Assembly (NCBI GenBank): GCA_046290465.1
Contig: JBKAGP010000001.1
Span: 6,432,001 to 6,496,000, forward strand
DNA length: 64,000 bases
Direction of reading: 5' to 3'
Source of the DNA: Planctomycetota bacterium
GTDB taxonomy: Bacteria; Planctomycetota; UBA1135; UBA2386
The notes beneath the pieces are model-generated. The model did no database searches. It saw nothing but the letters and a program-made list of their open reading frames with translations, and had not been told where the DNA came from. A program made the position numbers and the translations under genes. This document shows positions 36,555 through 46,336 of this stretch, in pieces. Within the stretch, counting starts at the first letter, position 1; each line of letters starts with the position of its first letter.

Positions 36555-37676
36555 ATGGATTTCCCCGCCTGGGACCCGGTCCTGTTCGACATCCCGTACC
36601 TGCCGATCGCGATCCGCTGGTACGGCCTGATGTACGTGGTCGGCTTCCTGTGCGCGCAGTGGATCTTCGTGCGGCTGGCCCGGCGCGGCTTCTTCCCGGT
36701 GCCGCCCGAGAGCGCGCCGGACCTGATCTTCTACTGCGTGTTCGGCGTCATGCTCGGCGGCCGCACCGGCTATGCGCTGTTCTACGACCAGTCGCTGCTC
36801 AATCCGCTGGAGTTCCTGCAGGTGTGGAAGGGCGGGCTGGCGTTCCACGGCGGTCTCGCCGGCGTCTGCGTGGCGATCTGGCTGTTCTGCCGGCGCCACG
36901 GGATCGGCTGGGCGCGCGTCGCCGACGCCACCGCGCTGGGCGTCTGCCCGGGCATCTTCGCGGTGCGCTTCGCGAACTTCATCAACGGCGAGCTGTACGG
37001 GCGCAAGACCGAGCCGGACACCTGGGGCGCGATGCAGTTCCCGACCGATCCGGCGGCGTTGCGCGAGATGGGGCTGTCGGCGCCGGGGCTGACGATGCGC
37101 GACCGCGAGCTCGGCATCCAGGTCGCCTACGGCAAGCTCGACTTCGCCGACGTCGAGGCGGACCTCAGCAAGGTCGACGAGCTCGGCCGGCCGATCGACT
37201 GGAGCCGGATCGAGCCGAGGCTCGACTGGGAGGCCGTGCGCGATCGCATGGGGCCCGACGGCCTCGAGCACGTGGTGCCGTTCCGGCATCCGTCGCAGCT
37301 CTACGAGGGCATCTGCGAGGGCCTGCTGGTCGGCATCGCGCTGTGGATCCTCTACTCGCTGACGCGCAGCCGGCCGCTGCGCACCGGCCGCTACGCCGCG
37401 GTGTTCCTGCTCGGGTATGCGGTCGCGCGGTTCTGCCTCGAGTACGTGCGCAAGCCGGACGAGCAATTCTACGAAGGGGCCAACGACGGCACCGTGCTGT
37501 TCGGCATGACGATGGGGCAGACGCTGACGCTGGGCATGGTGATCGGGGCGCTGCTGATCCTGTGCTGGCCGCGCAAGCCGGAGGCCCCGTCGGGCCAGCA
37601 GGCTGGCGGTGGCCCGGATGGTGGCCCGGATGGTGGATCTGGGGGCGGCGACCCGCCCGCGGCAGCGAACGGCTAG
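36555..37676 (+). CDS. lgt: Prolipoprotein diacylglyceryl transferase
   Basis: IRWYGLMY, GGRTGYALFY, WKGGLAFHGG, RFANFINGELYGR and RHPSQLYE motifs. Confidence 0.95.
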   Translation: MDFPAWDPVLFDIPYLPIAIRWYGLMYVVGFLCAQWIFVRLARRGFFPVPPESAPDLIFYCVFGVMLGGRTGYALFYDQSLLNPLEFLQVWKGGLAFHGGLAGVCVAIWLFCRRHGIGWARVADATALGVCPGIFAVRFANFINGELYGRKTEPDTWGAMQFPTDPAALREMGLSAPGLTMRDRELGIQVAYGKLDFADVEADLSKVDELGRPIDWSRIEPRLDWEAVRDRMGPDGLEHVVPFRHPSQLYEGICEGLLVGIALWILYSLTRSRPLRTGRYAAVFLLGYAVARFCLEYVRKPDEQFYEGANDGTVLFGMTMGQTLTLGMVIGALLILCWPRKPEAPSGQQAGGGPDGGPDGGSGGGDPPAAANG

Positions 37677-37782
37677 GGCGGCGGCGCCAATCGCAGCCCG
37701 GACTCTGGTTGCGGCCCCGGTCCGCGGGAATAATGGTGTTCGCTTCGGCGTCCCTGCCGGGCCGTCGAGGCATCCCAACCCT

Positions 37783-40677
37783 ATGTTGCGTAACCGTCTG
37801 CTGCTCCTTCTCGCGCTGTTGCTGCCGGCCGTGGCCTGCGACAACGTCGGCCGCGCCTTCGACCGCAACGTCGATCCCAACACGCCGGGCAACGAGACCG
37901 GCGAGTCGGAGATCCAGGTGGTCCCGGTCGGCGGCGACGCCCGCGACGGCCGGCCGCAGGTCCGCGAGGTCTACCCGCAGGGGTCGGGCTGGCCGACCAC
38001 GGTGCCGATCGTGGTCGAGTTCAGCGAGAGCATCAACGAGGCCTCGGTGCTGCCGACCTCGGCCAACGGCATCGACGGCCGCATCGGCGTGCGCGTGCAG
38101 GGCTCCACGCAGCTGCTGCCGGCGCAGTACGACTTCCTCGCCAACGGCAAACTGCTGATCATCCGGCCGCTCAACGGGCTGTCCAACGAGGGCCTGCCGA
38201 TCTACGAGATCGTGCTGTTCCCCGATGCGCGCGACGTCGACGGGGTGCGCTTCCAGGTCACCGGCGGTGAGACCGTGCTCGGCGACTTCCAGGTCAACCA
38301 GGGCGAGTCGATCGACGACGGCGCGATCGTCGCGGTGTTCCCGCGCGACAACTTCGGCGACCACCCGCGCGAGAACGACTTCTTCGTGATCTTCGACAAG
38401 CCGGCCAACGCCAGCACGCTCGACGCCGCCAACCTGTTCCTGCAGCCCGAGGGCGGCACGCCGATCACCACCGAGATCCGCACGCCGCTGGCGACGATCG
38501 GCGTCAACGACCCGCGCGTGGTGCAGATCGAGCCGAGCGCGACGCTGATGGCGTCGCAGCGCTACGAGTTCACCGTCACCGAGAACATCACGTTCGGCCA
38601 GACCGGCAACCTCGACTTCAACGGCCGCACGCCGTTCAGCGAGTTCGACACGGTGGCGCCGGCGCGGCCGACGCTGGTCGAGCTCGATTCGCCGCAGGCG
38701 GGCTTCCCCAACAAGATCAACGCCACCAACGTCGCGACCGTGCAGATCGCGGTGACGCCGCCGGCCGACGCGCTGCCGGGCGACACGGTGATCGCGCGCA
38801 TCTACGGCGGCGACGCCGAGACCACGCCGACGTTCGACGAGGCGTTCGTCGAACGCACCGGCACGGTCGTCACCGCGGGCACGCCGGTCGTGATCGACTT
38901 CTCCGGCACGCTCGGCACGGCCGCGTCGCCGCGGCTCGACGGCGGCGAGGTGACGTTCGCGGCGCAGCTGCAGCGCGGCAGCGAACGGTCGGGCTTCGCG
39001 CACAACGACGCCAACGCCGATCCGGAGTTCGACGTCACGCCGCCGACGCTGGTCTCGGCCGGTCCGCCCGGCACCGGCAACGACATCTACACCGACGGTG
39101 AGTGGCTGGCCTACTACGGCGTCGCCAGCGAAGAGCTGGCCGCCGCGACCATCGACGACGGCGTCAGCCCGACCGCCAACATCTTCGGCTCGAGTGCCGG
39201 CGGCCGCTTCCTGATGCTGCCGCTGCCGCTCGGTCGCCTGACCGCCAACCGCACCTACACGCTGACGCTGACCGACGCGTCGGGCAACACCAACGCGACC
39301 ACGTTCAGCGGCCAGGTCGTGCAGCAGGGCGTGCTGACCGGCGGTCTCGCCGGCACGCTGACGGTGGAGGTGTTCGACCACACGACGCTGCAGCCGGTGG
39401 CCGGCGCGACCGTGCTGGTCGACCCGGCGACGCCGGCGGTGCCCGCCACCGGCCAGCTGCTCGGCACCACCGACCAGGCCGGCACCGCGACGTTCACGAC
39501 CGGGCTGTCGTCGCACACGATCACGGTGATCCGGCCGGGCTACGACCTGATCACGATCGTCGACACGCAGGCGGCGAACGTCAGCCTGCCGCTGACGCCG
39601 ACCGCCGAGCCGACCGCGTCCTTGACCGGCAACCTGGCGTTCGAGCAGGCCGCCGGCCTGACGGCGATCGTCGGCAGCACCGCGGTCGCCGACCGCGATC
39701 CGATGGGCGTGCGCACGACCAATGCCTCGCCGACGGCGATCCCGGCGACGCCGATCACGCCGAACCGCGCGCAGATCCTGACCGCGTTCGGCGGCGGCTT
39801 CGAGCCGACCGCGACGCCGACCTACACGATCAGCGGCTGCCAGGTCTGTGGCGCGACCTTGACCGATCCGACCGCGCCGCCGGCGCCGGCCGAGGCCGGT
39901 GAGTCGTCGATCGCCAACTTCGTGCTGATCCCGGTGCCGCCGGTGGTCAGCCCCAACCCGCCGACCGACCCGACGCTGCTCGGGCCGCACATGGAGGACT
40001 TCGGTCTGGCCGCGGGCCTCGACACGTCCAACCTGGTCGGCGGCCTGCCGCGCGCGCGCACGACGATGTCGCTGCAGGGCTTCGTCGGCCAAGCGCTGAG
40101 CGGGGTCGGCGTGGTGACGCTGAACGCCGGCACCGTCTACGACGTCGACGCCAACTACTCGCTGCCGATCATCACCGGCCTGGCCGGCTACTCGCCGGTG
40201 TCGTGGCTGGTCAGCGAGGCCGAGGACACCAGCGGCAACGTCGCGCGCACCCGCGTGCTGCTCAACCCGGCGACCCAGACGATCATCACCGGCACCGGCC
40301 CGATCCCGATCCCGACGGTCACCGCCGGCACCTTCAGCAACCCGCCGGCGGTGACGTTCGTGGACGTCGTCGATGCGTCGACGGTGCTGACCGGCATCGG
40401 CTGCACCGACCTGACGATCACCGATCCGAACGGCCGCCGCTGGACCGTGCTGGTGACCGACCGCGACGACACCACCGGCACCAACGTCGTGCAGCTGCCC
40501 GACGTCGCCGCCTCGCCGAACGCGGGCCTCGCCGTCGGCGCGTGGTCGACCGTCGCCGAGTCGCGCGTGTTCGTGTCGATCACCGGCTCGACGACCGACG
40601 ACCTGGTGCTGACCGAACGGTTCCGCCAGGAGGTCAACTACTCGCGCTCGGCGGCGGCGACGCTGACCGTCAACTGA
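37783..40677 (+). CDS. Large surface lipoprotein with multiple Ig-like (Big) domains
   Basis: Lipobox AVAC; PIVVEFSESINEASV (Big_5-like), DTVAP/DVTPP linkers, Thr/Pro/Gly-rich beta domains. Confidence 0.75.
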   Translation: MLRNRLLLLLALLLPAVACDNVGRAFDRNVDPNTPGNETGESEIQVVPVGGDARDGRPQVREVYPQGSGWPTTVPIVVEFSESINEASVLPTSANGIDGRIGVRVQGSTQLLPAQYDFLANGKLLIIRPLNGLSNEGLPIYEIVLFPDARDVDGVRFQVTGGETVLGDFQVNQGESIDDGAIVAVFPRDNFGDHPRENDFFVIFDKPANASTLDAANLFLQPEGGTPITTEIRTPLATIGVNDPRVVQIEPSATLMASQRYEFTVTENITFGQTGNLDFNGRTPFSEFDTVAPARPTLVELDSPQAGFPNKINATNVATVQIAVTPPADALPGDTVIARIYGGDAETTPTFDEAFVERTGTVVTAGTPVVIDFSGTLGTAASPRLDGGEVTFAAQLQRGSERSGFAHNDANADPEFDVTPPTLVSAGPPGTGNDIYTDGEWLAYYGVASEELAAATIDDGVSPTANIFGSSAGGRFLMLPLPLGRLTANRTYTLTLTDASGNTNATTFSGQVVQQGVLTGGLAGTLTVEVFDHTTLQPVAGATVLVDPATPAVPATGQLLGTTDQAGTATFTTGLSSHTITVIRPGYDLITIVDTQAANVSLPLTPTAEPTASLTGNLAFEQAAGLTAIVGSTAVADRDPMGVRTTNASPTAIPATPITPNRAQILTAFGGGFEPTATPTYTISGCQVCGATLTDPTAPPAPAEAGESSIANFVLIPVPPVVSPNPPTDPTLLGPHMEDFGLAAGLDTSNLVGGLPRARTTMSLQGFVGQALSGVGVVTLNAGTVYDVDANYSLPIITGLAGYSPVSWLVSEAEDTSGNVARTRVLLNPATQTIITGTGPIPIPTVTAGTFSNPPAVTFVDVVDASTVLTGIGCTDLTITDPNGRRWTVLVTDRDDTTGTNVVQLPDVAASPNAGLAVGAWSTVAESRVFVSITGSTTDDLVLTERFRQEVNYSRSAAATLTVN

Positions 40678-40681
40678 GTCC

Positions 40682-41326
40682 GTGATCGGCGTCGCGCTGC
40701 TGTCGGGCGGGCTCGATTCGGGCGTCGCCTCGGCCTGCTTCGCCGAACGGCCCGGTCACGAACTGCGCGCCGCGCTGTTCTGCGACTACGGCCAGCGCGC
40801 CGCCGCGCCGGAGCTGCGCGCCGCGAGAGGCCTGGCCGAACGGCTCGGCACGGTGCTGCATCACTACCAGCTGCCGTGGCTGCGCGATCTGGCGCAGCGC
40901 TCGGGGACCGCGTTGCTCGCCGGCAACGACGCGCCGCCGGCGGCGACCGCCACCGCACCCGGCGACGACGCCTCGGCGCGCGCGGTCTGGGTGCCGGCAC
41001 GCAACGCGGTGTTCGTGAGCATCGCCGCTGCGCTCGCCGAGACCGTCGGTGCCGATTGCGTGATCGCCGGCTTCAACCGCGAGGAGGCCGCGACGTTCCC
41101 CGACAACTCGCGCGCGTTCGTCGACGCGGCCACCGCCTTCCTGCAGCTCGGCACGCGCGACGGCCTGCACGTGCAGAGCCCGACGATCGACTGGGACAAG
41201 CCGCGCATCGTCGCCGAGGCGCAGCGACTCGGCTTCGGCGCCGACGACTTCTGGTCGTGCTACCACGGCGGTGCCGCGCCCTGCGGGCGATGCGAGTCGT
41301 GCGTTCGCAGCCGGTTCTCGCGATGA
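40682..41326 (+). CDS. queC: 7-cyano-7-deazaguanine synthase
   Basis: LLSGGLDS, DYGQR, WVPARN, FPDNS and WSCY...CGRCESC motifs. Confidence 0.92.
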   Translation: MIGVALLSGGLDSGVASACFAERPGHELRAALFCDYGQRAAAPELRAARGLAERLGTVLHHYQLPWLRDLAQRSGTALLAGNDAPPAATATAPGDDASARAVWVPARNAVFVSIAAALAETVGADCVIAGFNREEAATFPDNSRAFVDAATAFLQLGTRDGLHVQSPTIDWDKPRIVAEAQRLGFGADDFWSCYHGGAAPCGRCESCVRSRFSR

Positions 41327-41336
41327 TCGCGTCGGC

Positions 41337-42146
41337 ATGCAACGACCCGGCATCTTCGGCATCGTCAACGTCACCCGCGATTCGTTCAGCGACGGCGGCC
41401 GCTACCTGACCGCCGAGATGGCGTGCGCGCAGGCCGAACGGCTGCGCCTCGCCGGCGCCGACGTGCTCGACCTCGGCGCCGAGTCGACCCACCCCGACTC
41501 CGAGGAGGTCGCTGCCGACGAGGAGATCCGGCGGCTCGAGCCGGTGGTGGGGGCGCTGGTCGAGCAGGGGGCGACGGTGTCGATCGATACGACCAAGGCC
41601 GAGGTGATGCGCGCGATGCTCGGCCTCGGCGCGACCTGGCTCAACGACGTCAACGGCTTCCGCGACGAGGCGGCGATGCAGGTGGCGGCCGACGCCGCCG
41701 CGCAGGTTCGGTTCGTCGTGATGTTCTCGCGGGCCCAGGGCCCGCGCGCCGACCGCAGCTCGCAGGGCGCCGACGGCCTGCTCGACGAGCTGCGCGCGTT
41801 CTTCGACGAGCGCCGCGCGGCGTTCGGCAAGCTGGGCATCGCGCCCGAACGGCTCGTGTTCGACCCGGGCATGGGTTTCTTTCTCGGCCGCGATGCCCTA
41901 CCGAGCCTGACCGTGTTGAAGCACCTGCCCGAACTGACGCACAGCCACGGCCCGCTGCTGGTCAGCGTGTCGCGCAAGTCGTTCCTCGGCGAGGTCACCG
42001 ACAGCCCGGTCACCCAGCGCGGCCCGGCGACGCTGTCGGCCGAGCTGTGGGCGGCGCGGCACGGGGCGGCCTACGTGCGCACCCACGACGTCAAGGCGCT
42101 GCACGACGCCTGCAAGATCGAAATGGTCATCGATGGCACGCCGTAG
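41337..42146 (+). CDS. folP: Dihydropteroate synthase with Sul-type signature
   Basis: GIVNVTRDSFSDGG, SIDT, LNDVNGF, DPGMGFFLG, SVSRKSFL and VRTHDV motifs. Confidence 0.93.
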   Translation: MQRPGIFGIVNVTRDSFSDGGRYLTAEMACAQAERLRLAGADVLDLGAESTHPDSEEVAADEEIRRLEPVVGALVEQGATVSIDTTKAEVMRAMLGLGATWLNDVNGFRDEAAMQVAADAAAQVRFVVMFSRAQGPRADRSSQGADGLLDELRAFFDERRAAFGKLGIAPERLVFDPGMGFFLGRDALPSLTVLKHLPELTHSHGPLLVSVSRKSFLGEVTDSPVTQRGPATLSAELWAARHGAAYVRTHDVKALHDACKIEMVIDGTP

Positions 42147-42188
42147 CCGGCCCCTTGGACACCTTCTGTCCACCGAGCCCGATCCGAC

Positions 42189-42947
42189 ATGATTCCCCTC
42201 CGCGACAGCATCCCCGCCAGCCGCACTCCGATCGTGCGCAACGTGTTGATCGGCATCTGCGCCGCGGCGTTCCTGCTGCAGCTGACGGTGGGGCGGGAGA
42301 TGACGTTTGCGCTCGGCATGATCCCCGAACGGCTGCTCGACGGCGACCCCGACGGCGGCCTGACCACGTCGGGACGGCCGTTCGGCATCGCCGGTCCGGT
42401 CTACGTCGATCCGGCCTGGGTGCCGGACTGGCTGACGCTGCTGACCTGCACGTTCCTGCACGGCGGCTGGCTGCACTTCCTCGGCAACATGCTGTTCCTG
42501 TGGATCTTCGGCGACAACGTCGAGGACCGCTTCGGACGGGTGCCGTTTGCGCTGTTCTACCTCGGCTGCGGCGTCGCCGCGTCGGTCGCGCACCTGCTGG
42601 CATCGCCCGGATCCCCGATCCCGACCATCGGCGCTTCGGGCGCGATCGCCGGCGTGATGGGGGCCTACATGTTCCTCTATCCCAAGGCGAAGGTGCTGAC
42701 GCTGGTGCCGCTGGGCTTCCTGCTGGTCGACTTCGTGCTGCCGGCGCCGCTGTTCCTCGGCTACTGGTTCGTGCTGCAGCTGGTGCAGGGAACGGTCGAC
42801 TCGAGCGTCGGCGGGGGCGTCGCCTGGTGGGCGCACATCGGCGGCTTCGTGGTCGGCGCGGCGGTCGCCGGTGGGCTGAAATGGTCCACGCGTCTGCGGC
42901 CCGCACCGCAGTCGATCGTGCTGACCGGCCGACGTCGCCGGCGGTGA
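42189..42947 (+). CDS. Rhomboid family intramembrane serine protease
   Basis: MIPLRD, FLHGGWLHFLGNMLFLWIFGDNVEDRFG, IGASGAIAGVMGAY and AWWAHIGGF motifs. Confidence 0.93.
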   Translation: MIPLRDSIPASRTPIVRNVLIGICAAAFLLQLTVGREMTFALGMIPERLLDGDPDGGLTTSGRPFGIAGPVYVDPAWVPDWLTLLTCTFLHGGWLHFLGNMLFLWIFGDNVEDRFGRVPFALFYLGCGVAASVAHLLASPGSPIPTIGASGAIAGVMGAYMFLYPKAKVLTLVPLGFLLVDFVLPAPLFLGYWFVLQLVQGTVDSSVGGGVAWWAHIGGFVVGAAVAGGLKWSTRLRPAPQSIVLTGRRRRR

Positions 42948-43001
42948 CGGAAAAAGCGTGAACCGATCGGGGAAAGCGGTTCGTTGGCGGCCGAACCGAT
43001 C

Positions 43002-45293
43002 ATGCAGCTCTCCCGATCCCTCGGCGCCGTCGCGCGCTACGCGACCCCGTTCGCGACGCTCTCCCCGCTCCTGTTGGCCCAGGTCCCGTCGACTCCGGTT
43101 GCGAGCAACCAGAACCCGACGACCCAGACGCCGACCAGTCAGAACCCGACCAACCAGACCCCGACCGGTCAGAACCCGACCGGTCCGACCCCGACCGGGC
43201 CGACCGCGACCGGGCCGACCGCCGTCCGTGCGCGCCCCGACTCGACGCAGGGTCCTGGCCGCCGCGTGTTCGTCACTGCGTCCCGGACCACGCGCGATCC
43301 GTTCGAGACGCCGCGCGCGGTCGACGTGGTCGACCTCGAGGACCTGCAGCGCAACCAGTTCCGCTCGGTCCCGCAGGCGCTGCGCAACCTGCCCAGCACG
43401 TTCATCCAGGAGACCTCGCCCGGCCAGGGCTCGCCGTACATCCGCGGCTTCACCGCCTACAACAACCTGATGCTGATCGACGGCATCCGGCTGAACAACT
43501 CGACGTTCCGCTCGGGGCCCAACCAGTACTGGGCGACCATCGATCCGATGTCGCTGTCGCGCATCGAGGTGGTGCGCGGCCCGGCCTCGACGCTGTGGGG
43601 CAGCGACGCCGTCGGCGGCACCGTGCAGGTGTTCACCAAGAGCCCGTCGCGCTACGGCACCGAGGGCGTGCGCTACGGCGGCGAGGTCTACGGCCGCTAC
43701 GCGACGGCCGAGGACTCGGTCGCGGCGCGCGGCGAGATCCACGTCGGCTTCACGCGCGAGGACGGCCTGCGCTCCGGCATCCTGATCGGCGGCAGCGCGC
43801 GGTCGCTCGGCGAGATCGAGGGCGGCAGCGCCACCGGTCGCCAGCCCAACACCGACCACGAGGAGAACGGCTTCGACCTCAAGTTCGAACACTGGCTCGA
43901 CCGGGACACCAAGCTGGTGTTCCTGCACCAGGAGTTCTCGCAGGACAACGTGCCGCGTACGCACTCGACCAACCAGGGCGTCTCGTGGCGCGGCGCGACG
44001 CCGGGCAGCGACCAGCGACGCGACAACGACCAGAACCGCCGCCTGAGCTACGTTCAGCTGCACAAGGACGGCATGGAAGGCGGCATGGAGTCGATGAAGC
44101 TGTCGCTGTCGTGGCAGACCCAGCAGTGGGTCGAGGACCGCCTGCGCAGCAACGGCACGTCGTCGACGTTCGACTCGTTCACGGTCGGCACGCTCGGCTT
44201 CTTCGCGCAGTTCGAGTCGGCCAGCCCGTTCGGCCACCTGACCTACGGCGTCGACTACTACCGCGACAACGTCAACAGCTCGCGCCGCCGCGACACCTAC
44301 CGCACCGGCGACGAGATCCAGGGCAAGGTCGGCAACGACGCCAGCTACGACCTGCTCGGCGTGTTCCTGCAGGATGTGCTGCCCCTCACCGACGACGTGC
44401 GCATCGAGGCGGGCGTGCGCTACACCTACGCCGCGGTCGACGCCGACAGCGTGCGCGACCCGTCGACCAATGGCCGCATCGGGGTCAGCAACGACTGGGA
44501 CGAGTTCACCGCCAACATCCGCGGCCTCGTCAACCTGACCGACGAGGTCAACCTGTACGCCGGCGCCAGCCAGGGCTTCCGCGCGCCGTCGCTGACCGAT
44601 CTGACCAGCTTCGACGTCGCGCGCAGCGGCGAGCAGGAGATCCCGGTCACCGACCTCGACGAAGAGCGCTTCGTCGGCTACGAGGTCGGCGCCAAGGTCC
44701 GCACCAGCCGCTTCTCGGCGCAGGCTGCGTGGTTCTACACCGACATCCAGGACCAGATCCTGCGCTTCCCGACCGGCACGACCAACCTGGCGGGCGACCC
44801 GATCGTCACCAAGGGCAACGTCGGCGACGGCTACATCCAGGGCGCCGAACTCAGCTACGCGGTCGAGGTCGTCGAGCGCACCGAGCTGTTCGGCTCGCAC
44901 AGCTACCAGTACGGGCGGATCTCGAACTTCCAGGACCCGAGCAGCCCGAACGTGATCAGCAACGACTACCCGACGCGCCTGATGCCGCTGCAGAACGTGA
45001 TCGGCGTGCGCTGGGAGAACGCCGAGGGCACGTTCCACGCCGCGACCACGGTGGTGCGGGCCGAAGACGCCGACAAGCTGTCGTTCCGCGACCAGGGCGA
45101 CACCCAGCGGATCCCGCCGGGCGGCACGCCGAGCTACACGATCTGGAACGCCAGCTGTGGCTGGCAGATGACCGAGCAGGCGAGCCTCGAGTGCGCCATC
45201 GAGAACATCACCAACGTCGACTACCGCGTGCACGGCTCGGGCAGCAACAGCCTGGGCACGAACTTCGTGTTCGGCATGCGCGTGACGTTCTGA
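43002..45293 (+). CDS. TonB-dependent receptor
   Basis: VFVTASR (TonB-box-like); plug SPYIRGF..LIDGIRLN..RIEVVRGPASTLWGSDAVGGTV; GFRAPSL; ENITNVDY; C-terminal Phe. Thr/Pro/Gln repeats follow the signal peptide. Confidence 0.93.
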   Translation: MQLSRSLGAVARYATPFATLSPLLLAQVPSTPVASNQNPTTQTPTSQNPTNQTPTGQNPTGPTPTGPTATGPTAVRARPDSTQGPGRRVFVTASRTTRDPFETPRAVDVVDLEDLQRNQFRSVPQALRNLPSTFIQETSPGQGSPYIRGFTAYNNLMLIDGIRLNNSTFRSGPNQYWATIDPMSLSRIEVVRGPASTLWGSDAVGGTVQVFTKSPSRYGTEGVRYGGEVYGRYATAEDSVAARGEIHVGFTREDGLRSGILIGGSARSLGEIEGGSATGRQPNTDHEENGFDLKFEHWLDRDTKLVFLHQEFSQDNVPRTHSTNQGVSWRGATPGSDQRRDNDQNRRLSYVQLHKDGMEGGMESMKLSLSWQTQQWVEDRLRSNGTSSTFDSFTVGTLGFFAQFESASPFGHLTYGVDYYRDNVNSSRRRDTYRTGDEIQGKVGNDASYDLLGVFLQDVLPLTDDVRIEAGVRYTYAAVDADSVRDPSTNGRIGVSNDWDEFTANIRGLVNLTDEVNLYAGASQGFRAPSLTDLTSFDVARSGEQEIPVTDLDEERFVGYEVGAKVRTSRFSAQAAWFYTDIQDQILRFPTGTTNLAGDPIVTKGNVGDGYIQGAELSYAVEVVERTELFGSHSYQYGRISNFQDPSSPNVISNDYPTRLMPLQNVIGVRWENAEGTFHAATTVVRAEDADKLSFRDQGDTQRIPPGGTPSYTIWNASCGWQMTEQASLECAIENITNVDYRVHGSGSNSLGTNFVFGMRVTF

Positions 45294-45470
45294 GTGCGAT
45301 TCCGGGCCGCTGGCCCGCGGATTTCCGGCAGGCGCCCCGCCAGGTTGGCACGTCCGACCGGCGGGTCTCGAAATGGGGCACCCTGGGAGCCGTCGCGTTC
45401 TCAAGTTCGTCCTACGGGTTCCCGATGAGAGGCCCGTCGCACACCGCAACCCGGTGCCGGCACGAGGCCA

Positions 45471-46280
45471 ATGGAATCCGTCAACGAGATCAAGGAAGCG
45501 CTGTCGGCGCGTTCGCGCACCGCGACCCTCGACGAGCTCAAGAGCGAGGGGCGCAAGCGCGTTCGCCTGATCCGCGCCGAGCACGTCGCGCAGATGATCA
45601 GCGAGGCGGTGCATGCGGCGATCGAGCACTCGGGCCTGCTCGGCCAGGACGAGGTCGACTTGCTCATCGAGAAGAGCCGGACCGAGTTCAAGTCGATCCT
45701 GCGCGAGCGCGAGCAGGAGCTGCAGACGGCGCGTGAGAACGAGGAGCAGCTCGAGGCCAAGGAACACGAGCTGACCGAGCTGAAGTCGCGCTTCAGCGAG
45801 CTGACCCGTTCGCTCGCTTCGACCCGCGCCGAGCTCGAGCAGACCAGGAACGAACTCGAGGTCGCACGCGACCTGCCGGCGCCGGCTGCGCCCGAGGCGG
45901 CGGCGCAACCTGCACCGGCGGCGATGTCGCCCGACATGATGATGTCGATGATGCAGGAGCTGGCCAACCTCAAGGCCAGCATGGCGCATCAGCAGCAGCC
46001 GCAGGGCGCACAGCAGGAGCAGGCCGCGTCGCCGGACTTCTCGGCCGCGCTCGACAAGCTGGCCGGAACGCTCAACGACCGACTCGACAGCTTCGGCAAG
46101 AAGATGGGCATCAGCTCCGCCGTCGGCGGCGATGGCCCGGTCGACTTCGGCGCGATGTTCAAGGACGACGACGACAACAAGCTCGAGTCGAACATGGAGA
46201 ACATTCAGGTGAAGCAGAAGGCCGCCGGGGGGATCGCGGCCAACCTCGCGAAGCTGAAGAAACTGAAGGGCGGCGGCTGA
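45471..46280 (+). CDS. Cytoplasmic coiled-coil protein, probable partner of the downstream actin-like ATPase
   Basis: Long heptad region (REQELQT...ELEVAR), Met/Gln/Ala-rich linker and basic amphipathic C-terminus IAANLAKLKKLKGGG. Confidence 0.75.
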   Translation: MESVNEIKEALSARSRTATLDELKSEGRKRVRLIRAEHVAQMISEAVHAAIEHSGLLGQDEVDLLIEKSRTEFKSILREREQELQTARENEEQLEAKEHELTELKSRFSELTRSLASTRAELEQTRNELEVARDLPAPAAPEAAAQPAPAAMSPDMMMSMMQELANLKASMAHQQQPQGAQQEQAASPDFSAALDKLAGTLNDRLDSFGKKMGISSAVGGDGPVDFGAMFKDDDDNKLESNMENIQVKQKAAGGIAANLAKLKKLKGGG

Positions 46281-46336
46281 TCGCAGAGTCGCCGACGCGG
46301 ACACACAACCAACCGGGAAGAGAAGGCGGAAGAGCT

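Noticed and set aside
40682..41326. queC as part of a 7-deazaguanine DNA-modification (dpd) or QatC-type defence system
   Set aside because: Ordinary-length QueC with no dpdA/tgt-like or qat genes nearby. The TatD gene at 31018 is EboB-type and unlinked.
45344..45362. Possible sigma-54 promoter (TTGGCACG) upstream of the coiled-coil/actin operon
   Set aside because: The -24 element is present but there is no TTGC at the -12 position.
41898..46304. Very long alternative-frame ORFs (e.g. 1468 aa here; also 1923..4799, 37165..40092, 60375..63323)
   Set aside because: Antisense or shadow frames of well-supported genes. They are Arg/Ala/Gly/Pro-rich with no motifs, as expected when stop codons are scarce at high GC.
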